Assembly: GCF_009914755.1 (NCBI RefSeq) | Contig: NC_060930.1 | Reading direction: 5' to 3' (one strand) | Length of the DNA: 64,000 nt | Origin: the human T2T-CHM13v2.0 reference genome, Homo sapiens | In this document: one piece after another, positions 1-11,842 of the stretch | Layout of the letters: each line of letters opens with the position of its first letter | How positions within the stretch are numbered: position 1 is the first letter of the stretch | Translations under genes and position numbers: made by a program | The notes under the pieces: generated by a model | Databases searched by the model: none | The model's input: the letters and a program-made list of their open reading frames with translations, nothing else | Told to the model about the DNA's origin: nothing

Positions 1-831
1 GTGGCATAAAATATCTGATTAACTAATGAAATGAAAGGCAAGATAACTTCAGGTAAATGGAGGGCGTTTAACTATGAAGTCTTTGCCAACATGAGTAAAC
101 TGCACCAAGCAGCAACCTCCAAGCCTGGCGGCGTGCAACTTTCCTAAAAAGAGGGGAAATTATCTTAGGATAAGTGGAGGTTGGCCTGAAAACTCCTAAA
201 GAAATCCTAGGTCAAGGAGCGCTTGTGTTTCTTCAGTGGAGCTGGTTCCTGGGTGCAGTGATTAGGAGTTACTTGCCCTAGAGGGATGGTCCACGTTTTG
301 AGAGTGGAGACTAGCACAAGCATTTAAGCACACACTACCATCATCGCTTTGCAAAAATCATCAGATGGTCCCCAATAAAACATGGAGAGCTTTAGGAGAA
401 AACAGAAATGTAAACTTGAAAATCGAAAATGAAATGCATATGGATCAAATTGTTCTGCACTAACCTCTTCGTTTATCCAAGTGAACAACCAGAGTCAACT
501 GACAGCACCCAGAAAACACTTCCACCAGCAAAATATAAACTGTAAACTCAAGTGACATCCACCCTGTGGCTAAGTTTTTTAAGGTCTGCAGCACTTTTAG
601 GGTTTGCCTTTTCCCCTCTTGTACAACAGCTCCACTACACAAGAAATTTGCTAAAACCGTTCGCTGGGCACTAATATGAAATCACTTAAAAGGAAACATG
701 CCACTTTCGGCTAGGGGACAGCATGTTCGTCATTCAGTGTCCTACTGGTTTCTTAACACGCATATAATTAATATTGGTACTCAGGAAAGAGAACTTCTTC
801 TGACCTTGAGCGTGCGCGCTAAATAAATTAC

Positions 832-866
832 CTCAGAACGAAAGTGGTGCGATCTCAAAACAGCAT
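832..866 (-). CDS. DST: DST 35-nt second coding exon (DAVLRSHHFRSE)
   Basis: Acceptor TCTTTTCTCCCCAG| at 867 and donor GAG|GTAATT at 831. Phase-1 entry matches the upstream exon and gives D-A-V-L-R-S-H-H-F-R-S-E, the continuation I recall for dystonin isoform 2. Confidence 0.9.
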
Positions 867-1453
867 CTGGGGAGAAAAGAGATAAATGAGACTTCATTTA
901 ACTCCTTGTTCTTCACCTACCGAGTGACTCATGACTTACCTGGGAGACCAGGGTCGGGAAAGCACATCGCAGACTCCTGGAATTCGGTGGGACATCCTGG
1001 GGGAGGGAGGAGGAGTCCTGGGGCCATCGGTCTCTACGTGATTTCTCCGCGAGAAGTTTGCATGAAAGTTCTGGGGGAGTTGGGGAGCCCCGAAGTTTCC
1101 ATGCCTTACTTTCTTACCCCTACGCTCCAGCGAAGGATGCGTGAAGGCGAGGCTGGCGCAGCCCCGGACTACGCTCAAATTACCCTTAAGGCTTTAGCAA
1201 ACTGACTAAAAATTTGAGTTCTTTCCTCCCCTCCCTGCCCTCGGCATCGCCGTGGTTATTCAAACCTGGGAGACTGGAGGGCGGAGGTGACGGCAAAAAG
1301 GGCAAGGGGCGTTAAAGAAACGCACTCAGCCTGGGGAGTGGGCAATGATGGGGCTAGGGGCAGCCGAGGAGAAGGGAGCGAGCCGCGCTTCACTCTCCAA
1401 ATCGGCTTAATTGTTCCTGGTAGCCCGCAGAAACCCGTCGCGGCGTGTCTTAC

Positions 1454-1634
1454 CTCGGCTTCTTGAACGACCCGAGAAGACCGATTTCATCGGATGCCTC
1501 CCTTTCTGGAGCTTGCGGTGCCAGCAGCAGAAGAAGACGATGGTGGCGATGGTGCCCAGCAGAAGCAACAAGAGGAAGAGGGCACATTGGATGCTGTAGG
1601 GTCTCAGCAAGACGAGGAAAGCCGCGGCGATCAT
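1454..1634 (-). CDS. DST: Dystonin (BPAG1) isoform-2-type first coding exon, with N-terminal transmembrane segment
   Basis: ATG at 1634-1632 translates MIAAAFLVLLRPYSIQCALFLLLLLLGTIATIVFFCCWHRKLQKGRHPMKSVFSGRSRSR, recognised as the dystonin isoform-2 N-terminus. A hydrophobic stretch is followed by a basic cluster. Ends at donor GAG|GTAAGA (181 nt, phase 1). Confidence 0.95.
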
Positions 1635-1844
1635 GGTGCGGGCGAGGCGAGGGCGACTCGACGGCGGGGCTGGAGGGCGGCGGCACAGGCACCCGCGCTG
1701 GGCGCACGCCGGGACGGCGGGCACGGGTGAGCGCGGCTCAGCGCGTCATGCCTGGCGCTCGCGGCCCCGCGCCCAGCCCAATGGCTGCGCACCCCGCGCC
1801 AGCCGCGCTACGCGAGTGATCCAGGGCTGCGGGGAGCGCTTGCC

Positions 1845-1855
1845 ATGACTCAGCA
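1845..1855 (+). promoter_or_regulatory. Consensus antioxidant response element / NF-E2 site ATGACTCAGCA
   Basis: Exact match to the RTGACTCAGCA CNC-sMAF (NRF2/BACH1/NF-E2) consensus with an embedded AP-1 core. Occupancy is not shown by sequence. Confidence 0.65.
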
Positions 1856-2149
1856 GACAGCGACGAGGCTGCGACTCGGCGGCTGGGATCCTCTCCCCTC
1901 CCTCCCCAGGCGCCCCCGCCCCCGTCCGTGCGCAGCCCCCGGGCGCAGCCCCGCCGGGGACGCGGCGAGTGGGGAGGAGCAGCGCCGCCGCCGCGGCCGC
2001 CCGGGCCCCGCGCATCGTCCTGCGGCCGCCGCCGACCTCAGCATCCCAGAAGCCGGGCGCACGTGGGTCGGGGCGGGGACGCGGCGCTCAGGCTGCAGCC
2101 GCGGCAGCCTGCGGGGGGCGGGAATGGGGCGCCGCGGCGGGGGCTCGGC

Positions 2150-2507
2150 TGATGACATCACGGCCAGGCTGCGGCAGCGCGGGCGCGCGGACATGGCTGC
2201 GGCGGTTTCGGCGGCGTCCGCGGGCTGCACCCGGGCCTGAGAGCCCAGCGCCCTCCCGCGGGGCCGCCCGCCAGTCCGCGCCGTCCGCGGGTGCATTGGC
2301 CGGGTGCCTCTAGCTTCCCGGACACCCGGAGCTTCCGCCTATCCAGCCTCCCTCGGCCAAATTGCTGCGGAGCCCGTCGTCAGGGGGCGCCAAGGAGCCA
2401 GGGGGAAAACCAAGAGGCGCTGACAGGAGCCTCCCGGCGGTGCTACCCTCCACCTCCCACCTCCCTGCGCCCCGCCCCGAGGTTGGGGCTTTGAAGAATG
2501 CAGCCGG
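2150..2507 (+). other. BEND6: BEND6 non-coding exon 1 (5' end approximate)
   Basis: Within the CpG island and ends at donor CGG|GTGAGC (GT at 2508). The next recognisable exon starts at 28758. The TSS cannot be read from sequence. Confidence 0.7.
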
Positions 2508-5500
2508 GTGAGCTATTGCTTGTGGGGGTTTCCTCGCACTCTGAAGCGCGAGCGCCGGGAAGGGCCTTCCCTGGGAATTGGGATACTCCAGGAACGGGAG
2601 GCCCACTCCTCTCCAAGCCTCTCTAAACTAGGAGCGCTCCGGGGTAGTACGCTCTGGTCGGCAGAGGTGAACTCTTCCACCCCAAACTTGGTGCTTATCT
2701 CGCAGCTAAGAATTGGGCACTTTCGATCTTCTTGTATCCCTGGGTTTGCCCTAAAACCCTGACTCATTTAGTGCATTTGAAGGGCAAGGCGATTTCAGAT
2801 TTAGGGACCTGGCAGATGAAGTAAGTTGGTACTTGGCTTATAAACATTTGGGGGAGAAATTTTTTAGGGAGTGTGAGGCAATAGTGATCTCTCACACTTG
2901 CAGGCACACTCTGTCTCCCCTTTGTCCCCTCCCCACGTTTCTTCATAACCAGCAAAAAGTATATGGCAGTTGGTGGCCAGGGGATTTAACACTGATGCAA
3001 TGCCAGCACGGAAGGTATAGCGAGAGCGCTGCAGTGTGCCTTTCTGCGGACGGCCACGGCCACCTGGCCAGGAAGCGGCTGCTGCAGCAGTCATTCTGCG
3101 GCATCTTGCGGCCTTGGCGGGCGGTGCTGTGCCGCGTTCTGCTGCCCCCAAGGCAATGCTGGCTTTCCCTGTGTGGGGCTGGATTGTTTGTTTCATTTAC
3201 TCGCATAAGAAAACTTTAATTATAGTGACAAGGTAACACTTGACTGCATTTGCGGAGTTTCTTATAACAACTGTATTAGCCTCTTTTTTGGAATATTTAA
3301 TAGACTGAAGAAATTGTGTCATAAAAATTTATAAAAATTTGAAAAGCAGGTAAATAATTGGGAGGAATAAAAGTTTTATTTGCTTGTAGTGATCTCAAAA
3401 TCAGTGTTGTTTTCCAACTATACAAAACCGTACAGCTCTGCATGAAAGCTTAATCATTGATGTCCTTAAAGCCAGTAACATATTACCGTGTGTAAGTATT
3501 AAACCTAAAAAGGCATTGGTTAATGCAGTCTCTTAGTGCCAGATTCATAAGCATGGAAAACAACAGATACGTTTTGTTTACAGCTGGTTTCCTTAAACAA
3601 AATAAACATTCGAATTGTTGACATGTTGCATCTCATTCATTCAGTTGTTTTGGATTGAACTCAGAAGGGCCCTTGCTTGGAGACACTGCATAAGGTGGGA
3701 ATTTTGAATGGCAGCATGTAGGCTGCACTGAATTCCAGGATAGGCTTCATGGGTCTCTAGCACTCAGAGTGGGTGACAGGTAGCACTACATCATGTGCAT
3801 ATGGCTAAAGGTTTCTTGATACCGCAGCCCACTGCAGTGAGAAACTATTCAACAATTATGCAGAGGTTATTGAAGAAAATCCTGAGAGTTTGCAATGTGT
3901 GGCACATCAGGAAAGGAAGAATTCTCCACCGCATTGACTCAACAATGGCATGGTGGAGTAATTTTAAACAACAAAACTGAACTAACCGTGTGCAGACATT
4001 GGGGGAAATAACTAACAGAATTTTGGAAGGTCATCTTTATGCTTCTCATTGACTGAAATTTGTAAGTGAGCTGAAATAGCCTACGTATCCTTGAACAGAA
4101 ACATGTCAAAGACACACAGAATAGTATTCAAATTGCCCCAAACGCTATATTTTTTTAACAACAAAAAGCAACTAAATAGCTATTATGGTTTTCTGAGCTA
4201 TGACTTTAGCACAACTGTTATCATCCTGCGTCTTGCTGCAGCCATTTATAAGTTTCAAGTGCACACAAGAACATCATTTATCTCTCTTGGCAGGCAAATG
4301 CTTAACTGCCATGCAATAGGATTATAGATATTTCTTTTTAGATGCATTCATTTCTGTTCTTTCCATCAGTTGTCTTAAAGATACTAATAATAAACAAACC
4401 AAATCCTTGAAAGAATTTAGTATTTAGTTCCATTGTTATTTTCTGATTTGTTTGTTGCTAATTTATCATTTTTTCCAAATAACAGCATACATAGTATTAA
4501 TTGCTTCTGTCTGTGTGTTTATGTGGTGCCTAATGCATTGCGGAATTCAATAAATACTAAATCAGCCAAGCAGTGCTTTTTGGAAGTTAATTTAGTAGAA
4601 ATTATACCTTGCCTTCCTGGTAGGTTTTTGCTTTAAAAAAAGAATAATTGACATTGTATAAAAGTCACACACAAAAAAAATTGTTAAGTTTGAGGATAGG
4701 GATGGAGGGGGAGAGCCATGGCCCAAATCTTTCATACAAAAAAATGAAAATTCATAATGGAAAAGTATGTATAATTTGTTGACTTTTTTTATGAGAGTAA
4801 GTTATCATTGTCACCCAAAAGAAGACAAAATAGTTGGGAAAGATAGCTAAGAGAGTTTGATACCACGTATGTAGAAGATGGTCCATTATATAGCCCTTCT
4901 TCCCTTTAGATTCTCAACCAAATTGGGAATAGACACAAGGAACCATAAGGAAATTAAAATATTGTGTTAACTCTATTCAAGATAAAGTCAGATTGAAGAA
5001 CACAGCTTAGCCTCAAAGCCAAAATGGGGCATCTTATTCCTTTTTTCTTACTTGGCATGCTCACCCAGTCCACAGCTGAAAAATGACAGGCCTCCCCAGC
5101 ATTAGGGCAGGAAGGAACCCAACCTGTTCAAATTCCGGCATAAACACCAAAGGCAAAGGGAAGCCTGACACTTTATAATCCATAAGGCGTTCAGCATGTG
5201 TGAGCAAGAGACAGGCCCATGTGTGAGAAGGGAATTTTATACATCACTCCTGCCCACTAATGGGTAGTAGGCCCTCCTGAGTTTTTCCATCACTAAGTCT
5301 TTTCATTCCCAAAAGATAGCAGTGAGTAAGGTGCTTTAAAAAGGCGGCAGAAACATCTTCCTCAGTACTTTCTTAGAGGCAGAAAGTTGTGGCACAAGTT
5401 CCTAATGTATGGATCAAGAAGAAACATCAGAAAGAAGAAAAGTTTCCACCCTAAGCTGTGTAACAACCAGTTGAGAAAAAGGGAGGAACTGAAGATAACT

Positions 5501-8500
5501 CAGGTTTTGAGCTAGGGTAGAGGAATAATTTGGAAGGAGAAGATAACAAACTGCATTTTAGACCCACTGAGATGGAAGCCTCAGAAGGACATCATTGTGA
5601 AAATATCCAGCAAGCCCATGGAAATGTGGAGAGGTCAGAACCAAAAACAGATAGGGAGTCATCAACATTGTAGTTGGAGTAATGGAAATAGAGGAAATGA
5701 CTAAGGAATAGATGCTAAAGAGCATCCCAGAATCAGAACTTTGGAGACGGCTTCCATTTCTGGCCTGGAGGATAGCAAAGTGGTCGAAGCCAAGTAGGGA
5801 GTGTTCCAATTTAGTGGCTTTCTGGAACAGATGCACAAATGGGAGTCTAAGGAGGGCAAGGACTGAGGACTGGTGACTAGGAGACCTCCGGAAACCTTTC
5901 AGAGAACTGATTCATCATGGCAGGAGAGGCTAAAACCAGACATTAATGAGTTGAGGGGGGAATGAAGATGAGAAAGAGGAGAGGGTTGTTGTCTACAATC
6001 TTTGCAGAAATTTAACTCTAAAGGGGATGAGTAGAAAAGCAATTAAATCCTGAATAAAGGCCAATGGTGATTATTTTGTCAGGCTAGGGATATTTGAACA
6101 AGTTTCTAGGGAATTTGGGAGATGGAGCCAGAAGAGGGAGAGAAATAATTAAAGAGAAGGGAGAAGAGGACATTCTCCTGGGGATTTGTGATTTAGCAAT
6201 TTTGAGTCCCCCCAACAGACTAGCTCTTTCTGGTCTCAGGTTGCTTTAGACTCTGCAGAGTGAAAATTGAGCCTGACTAGTTAGGATGGCTCCATGCCCA
6301 TGGTTTCTTCCCCATCTAATCTGGCTACTAGTACTCAGACTTGAAAAATGACTTTTAGGGAAAGATAAGGAATGTCTTGGAATGTAGCCTAGGTTGTCTG
6401 TGATTATTACCAATTTATCTGGAAGTGAGTAAATTACCCAGTTGGTAATCACACAAGGACATTACATTGAAATATTACCCCTTGAAAACAAGAAGCTTAG
6501 GTAAGAATGGCTCTAGCAATAAATTATTAGAAATAAAGCATATTGATTTTGGCCTGGTAACTTCCTTGCTTCTAGGTGAAGTGTTTTACATGTGCTTGTA
6601 TTAAAAGGTAAAGGAGCTATATCATCTGGAAGAACCTACTTCATCTAAAATAAATTTGGAGGTGATTTCCAGCCACCAGAACCAGGGAAACCATCATGTG
6701 GATAGATTACTATTTTCTTTTTAATATTTGAGTTTTTGAAAGGAAAATAATTGTAACTTGCAGTAATATCAAATATTATTTTCAGCAAATATTCCCTGGT
6801 AAAGGGCTTTATTTTACCGTAATAAAAACTTTTAAAATAACTTAAAACTACTGAGAAAATATTGCAAATGGAATTATTTCAGATTGTTGTTTTAACATTT
6901 TAGCTATTGTAGAGCCTAATTAGGTTTTGTTGTTCTATGGGTTACCACACTGCCGAAGCCATGATAATTCCAGGAGTATGTGAGGGGAGTTCTTTTTGGG
7001 TGTGTGAGCATTACAGACTTTTCAAAAAAGTCAGCTGAGTTTGGGAGCTTAAAAACATCAATATAATTGAATTCGTCTACTATATAATGCTTTGCAGACA
7101 GTTTTTGGAAAGTAATCATTTATTATCCACAAGCAAATAGAATTTATTTATATAGTTTCCACATTGAGTGTGGGATTAGTCATGCCACAAAATACTGAGT
7201 CATTTGGCCAGAAAATTTACTCATAGTTGTATGAACTGCCAATGGAAAATTTGAGAACTGTTCATAAATCAAATTATAAAGCTCTTAGAGTTATAAATCG
7301 CTGAGCAATATCGTTCATTATTATTCCGATGGTATAAAATATTTCCACCATTTCTAAGAATGGGCAATTTACAAAGCAAGTTTGAAAGCTGAAGATATTG
7401 CCTTCTAGATCCAAGATGAAATTTGCCATATAAGTTATAAACATTCTACATCTGAAACTTCTACACTTCTTAAGTAAAAAGATAAAAAAGTAAGGTAGGA
7501 GCTTTATTATTGCATAGCAAATGTTACAAGATGAATAAAATTTTGGTTATTATCTACAAATTAAGTTCTAGGTTGTGATGATAATAAAACTACAGCAACA
7601 TTGAATAGCTAGAGTTCCCCTATTTCTTACAATAATTCTTTGTCATTTAGGACTTTTGCATTAAATATTTTGTGCTAATAGAGTTGTATGCTAATGCATC
7701 AATGCACTCATAGCCTGAAAAAATATTGTCACTAGGAGAGCAGAAGTACTAAATGTACCAAGGAGAGCAGAAAATTGTGATGAGCAACTGATGATTAGTA
7801 AAAGATGTATTAATAATATATAGTTCCAGAGATTATTGATACCTCAATGTAAGGACATCCCATGAATCTAGGAAGAGAAAGAAAAGTACATCTTTAAAAT
7901 GTTTTTGTAGCCACAAATACTTTATGGAGTAAAACAGGGCAACAAACAGCAAACACACAAATTGGAATATAGTAGAGTTTATATTTCAAAGAAGAAAGCC
8001 ATTAACCTAAAGCCTGTTCTTGCCAGTCCTATCTCTACTGTAGAAGTTCAAACTGGAATTCATGAGTAGGTTTCTAGAGACCTGAAATTACATGTAAAAA
8101 CTTGTGTCTCATTTTGAGGACATGATCCATACCTTTCATTAGATTCTTAATGAGCTCTCCCCCAACTCCCACAATGAGAATCATCAGAATCATGCAAATC
8201 CACATAGGTACTGAGGCTTCTGAACTCGTATAAGTCATTTGATCCATCAACAATGGCAGCACCTGGGTACCCCTGAGACTGTAAGAAGTGTCTTGGGGAC
8301 TATCCGTCCATGGTTAGCAAAGGAAACTTTCTGTTCTAAACTATAAAAGTTTAGATAAGTCTCCCAAGTGCAGGTGAGTGCTGCCACCCAAAGACTAAAT
8401 GGAGATGATGTGCTGGGAGTTAATTTGTCCTCTAGCATCTTTAAACATATTGGGAGGGAGACAAATGAGTCACCTAAGGTAACTCCCACTGGGATGTCAG

Positions 8501-8979
8501 TTGTAACCCTAAGAGGAGAAAAGACTGTGTTAACAATCTAGGACCACTTCCATAGACTTCTGTTATGGAAAGAAGGGATAAATTGATTCCTAAGCTGCCT
8601 TCATGCCAATTAACTACCCAATTTATAGCTAGATGTTTGAATGGATAAGCCCATTCCAAGCCAATAGGACTAGTCCTAAAAGGTAGTCTTGGGTTCACAG
8701 TCTGCAAAAATTGCTATAGTCTTAAGGCCTAAAAGAGGGACAAAAGGAATTAGTATTAGGTTCCCAGAAACAACTCACAGACATTCTGGTAAATAAAGCC
8801 ACCACTCTTCCTAAATCCTTCCCCAAGCCCACATTCAACAGTCTACTGTGGAGTCTGCAGACCTGGTAATTGGTGCCCTCAATCCCACCAGGGTGATTCT
8901 GCACTCTGGTGGGAAGACTGCCCATCCAGCTGTTCAGCTTCACCTACTCGTTGTTTCTAGCGTCCCACCAGGAGTGGAA

Positions 8980-9332
8980 TGCTATGGTTTAAATTTTTAC
9001 TTCTGCAAAAACTCATGTAGAAATTAGATTATTGTTGTGACAGTATTGGCAGGTGGGACCTTTGAGAGGTGATTAGACCATGAGGGCTCTGCCCTCATGA
9101 ATGGATTAATGCTGTTACTTTAGGAGTGGATTTGTTATAAAAGAGCTAGTTCAGCCTCCTCTCTCTCTTTCTCTCTCTCATCTTCATCTTCCACCATGTG
9201 ATGACACAGCAAGACAGCAAGACACTCACCAGATGCCAGCACCTTGATATTACTGCAAGCCAGTAAATTTCTGTTCATTATGAATTACTAAGCCTGTGGT
9301 ATTCTGTTTTAACAGCACAAAACAGACCAAGA
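8980..9332 (+). mobile_element. MaLR LTR (MST/MLT1A-like)
   Basis: TGCTATGGTTT..GAGGTGATTAGACCATGAGGGCTCTGCCCTCATGAATGGATTAATG..GGTATTCTGTTTTAACAGCACAAAACAGAC. Confidence 0.8.
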
Positions 9333-10817
9333 CACCACTCTTGCCATATTTGTGGACCTCAACTCCCTCTCCACCACCATATTTCCAGGATACTAGGTCT
9401 CAATGTCACATCATCATGATCACATATTGTTACAGTATGAAGCTGGTTATTTCATTATGTGACTGTTTCACTCCAGTGGGCAAGTCCAGTTTCCTGACGT
9501 ATCCCGATCTCTCAGTGTGGCTAGTTCTTTTTGCTCCAAGTTCTGTTCTGATCCTCTAGGGTTTGGTGACATAACATTCATGCATTCCACACAGAAACAG
9601 ACCTTGGATCAATATGATTTCCTGGGTGCCTCAGACCCCCCTCTGGGCCTAGTGGGCACTGTTCTTTGCACACTTTCAGTCTGTGGTCATTTGTAATGAG
9701 GCAGGAATCTACTTAGAGAAGATATTGCAGGATTGTAGTTAATGTATCAGACTTCCTGGTGGTTTGCCATCTGGTGAGCTGTTAAAAGTCTAGGTCTTAG
9801 TGCCTAGATTAAGGGGCACCAACAGCACCCTGGGAGTTGATTGGTATGATCATTATTCACCTGTGCCACTTCCCCAAAAGGCATGGAATAACATGCACTG
9901 GTCATCCTCATTACTGAATGGCTACCTTGATGTGGACCACCTAGTTATCTGTAGCAACAGCTAGCACTTATTGAGTATCTACTCTCTGCTAAATGCTTTA
10001 CGTGCATTTACTCATTCAATCCTCACAGCAGCCCTGAGTAGGTACTACTCTTATTCCTATTTTATGGATGGGAATTCCAGGGCTTAGAGATGTAAGGAAT
10101 TGCCTAAAGACCACACACCTAACAAGCGGCATCAAAATTCTTCAGCACTTCACAAACCACACAAACCATTCCTGTTGCATGTTTTCCATTTGCACTGCCT
10201 CCCTGCTTCATTTGCACTGCAGCTCTTCCCCTAAAGGAAATCCTCTCAGTTGGAGCTTGCTGAGCAGCTACTCTTCCTCTCTTCTGACTCTCCTTAGGCT
10301 ACCCCTACCCAGATTAATGAAGGCCAACCCGACACTCCAGCAGAACGTCAGATGTTTCCTTGTACACAAGAGATGCAGTCCTCTCCTTTAGCCTGTGAGG
10401 AATTTACCTAGGCCACACCTACTAATCCAGCAATTTCACAAGACTCTTTGTATTAAAAAATTATAGTTTCACCCTTACCATTTCATTGCCATGTCTCCAT
10501 CATTATCGCTTGGGTAAATTTGACCCAGCATCTCCAGAAAACTGAAGAAGCTTAGCGGGGCCAAGCTGACTCCTACTTTGGTAAAACGGCTCCATGGGAG
10601 ACCACCTGGCTGTCCTTTATAAAAGAGAAAGCTATAATAATTTTTTCTTTATATTTTTACAAAAGATTGAGGTTTGTCTAATATAGACTCATAGGCATCA
10701 AGGTTAATTAGCTATGTTTATTGAAGCCCTCCCCTGTCCTCAATGCTATAAACTCCCCTCCTACTCTCACATGTTTGACCTAAACTTGTATGGGGGTAAT
10801 CTGGTTCAGTTTGCTTC

Positions 10818-11118
10818 AATTAATAATAAAATATTACTATTAATAAATTAATATAATTTATTACTATTAATAAATTAATATAATATAACTAATACAATAC
10901 TAGTAGTGGTATAATAAAATACTACTATTAAATTAATGTTATAATTACAATATTAATAATATACTTCGTTATAAAATAAAATATTTTTGTAATAATATTG
11001 ATATAATTATATTGTTAATTAATAATATAAATAATTATTGTTATAAAATAAGATAGTAGTAATTATATTATTACAATTAATATTATAATTAATATTAATT
11101 AATTTATATTATTATATA
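10818..11118. repeat. AT-rich low-complexity tract between MIR-like remnants
   Basis: About 300 bp almost entirely A/T, with TAATATTA/ATTAAT motifs. Confidence 0.9.
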
Positions 11119-11552
11119 CCTGACATATCAACTCATAATGGGGTATTTTATTATTCCCATTTCACAGATGGAGAGACAGAAGCACAGAGAGATTACATGG
11201 GTAGTAAGTATTGGAGCTAGGATTATGAATCAGACAGTTTGGCTTTAAAGCCTATGATTGTAAGTACTTATGTGACCTGCTTTGTAAGGGTTTCAGACTG
11301 GAAGACTATCTTGAAATAACTACATAGCAAAACTGTACCTCTACCAATAAAAAAGAGTATCTCACTAAGCTTTCTATCTTTTCATAGAAGGACAAGTTTA
11401 GTCTTTCCCTCTTTCTGTGAACAGGATGTACATTTGCCCAAGGTTCTGTGTCCTGCTGACTGTTCTAACAACTTCTCTACCATAAAATCAAAGACTGACA
11501 ACACTGTCCCCAAATGCCATCCCTGCTAAGTCCCCTGTTCCTCTGTCTTTTT

Positions 11553-11842
11553 GTCTTTTTTTTTTTGAGATGGGGGCTTGCCCTGTTGCCCACGCTGGAG
11601 TGCAGTGGCCTGATCATAGCTTACTATAGCCTCCATCTCCCAGGCTCAAGCAATCCTCCTGGCATAACCTCCCAAGTAGCTGAGACTACAAGCAGGCACC
11701 ACCATACCTGGCTAATTTATTTTATTTTTAGTAGACGAAGTCTCATTATGTTACTCAGGCTGGTAATTCTTGGCTTCAAGCAATCCTCCCACCTCTGTCT
11801 CCCAAGTATTGGGATTACAGGTGTGAGCCTCCTCACCTGGCC
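11553..11842 (-). mobile_element. Alu (J-like)
   Basis: Poly(T) followed by GAGATGGGG..GGGATTACAGGTGTGAGCC. Confidence 0.9.

Larger units (their letters stand above)
1200..2700. promoter_or_regulatory. CpG island / bidirectional promoter shared by DST and BEND6
   Basis: Very GC- and CpG-rich. GC boxes near 1913, 2070 and 2470, CCAAT at ~1778, reverse CCAAT at ~2295, CRE/ATF-like TGACATCA at 2153-2160. Divergent first exons lie on each side. Confidence 0.9.

Noticed and set aside
1635-1724. 30-codon in-frame GTG-initiated extension of DST
   Set aside because: No evidence beyond an open GC-rich frame; the ATG at 1634 has A at -3 and matches the known N-terminus.
1407-2767. Many overlapping 60-148 aa ORFs in the CpG island
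   Set aside because: Expected from stop-codon scarcity in GC-rich DNA; they are Arg/Ala/Pro/Gly low-complexity. Only the DST part has a recognisable protein and splice sites.
3110-3132. REST/RE1 site (GCGGTGCTG)
   Set aside because: Only a partial half-site; the GCTGTCC half is missing.
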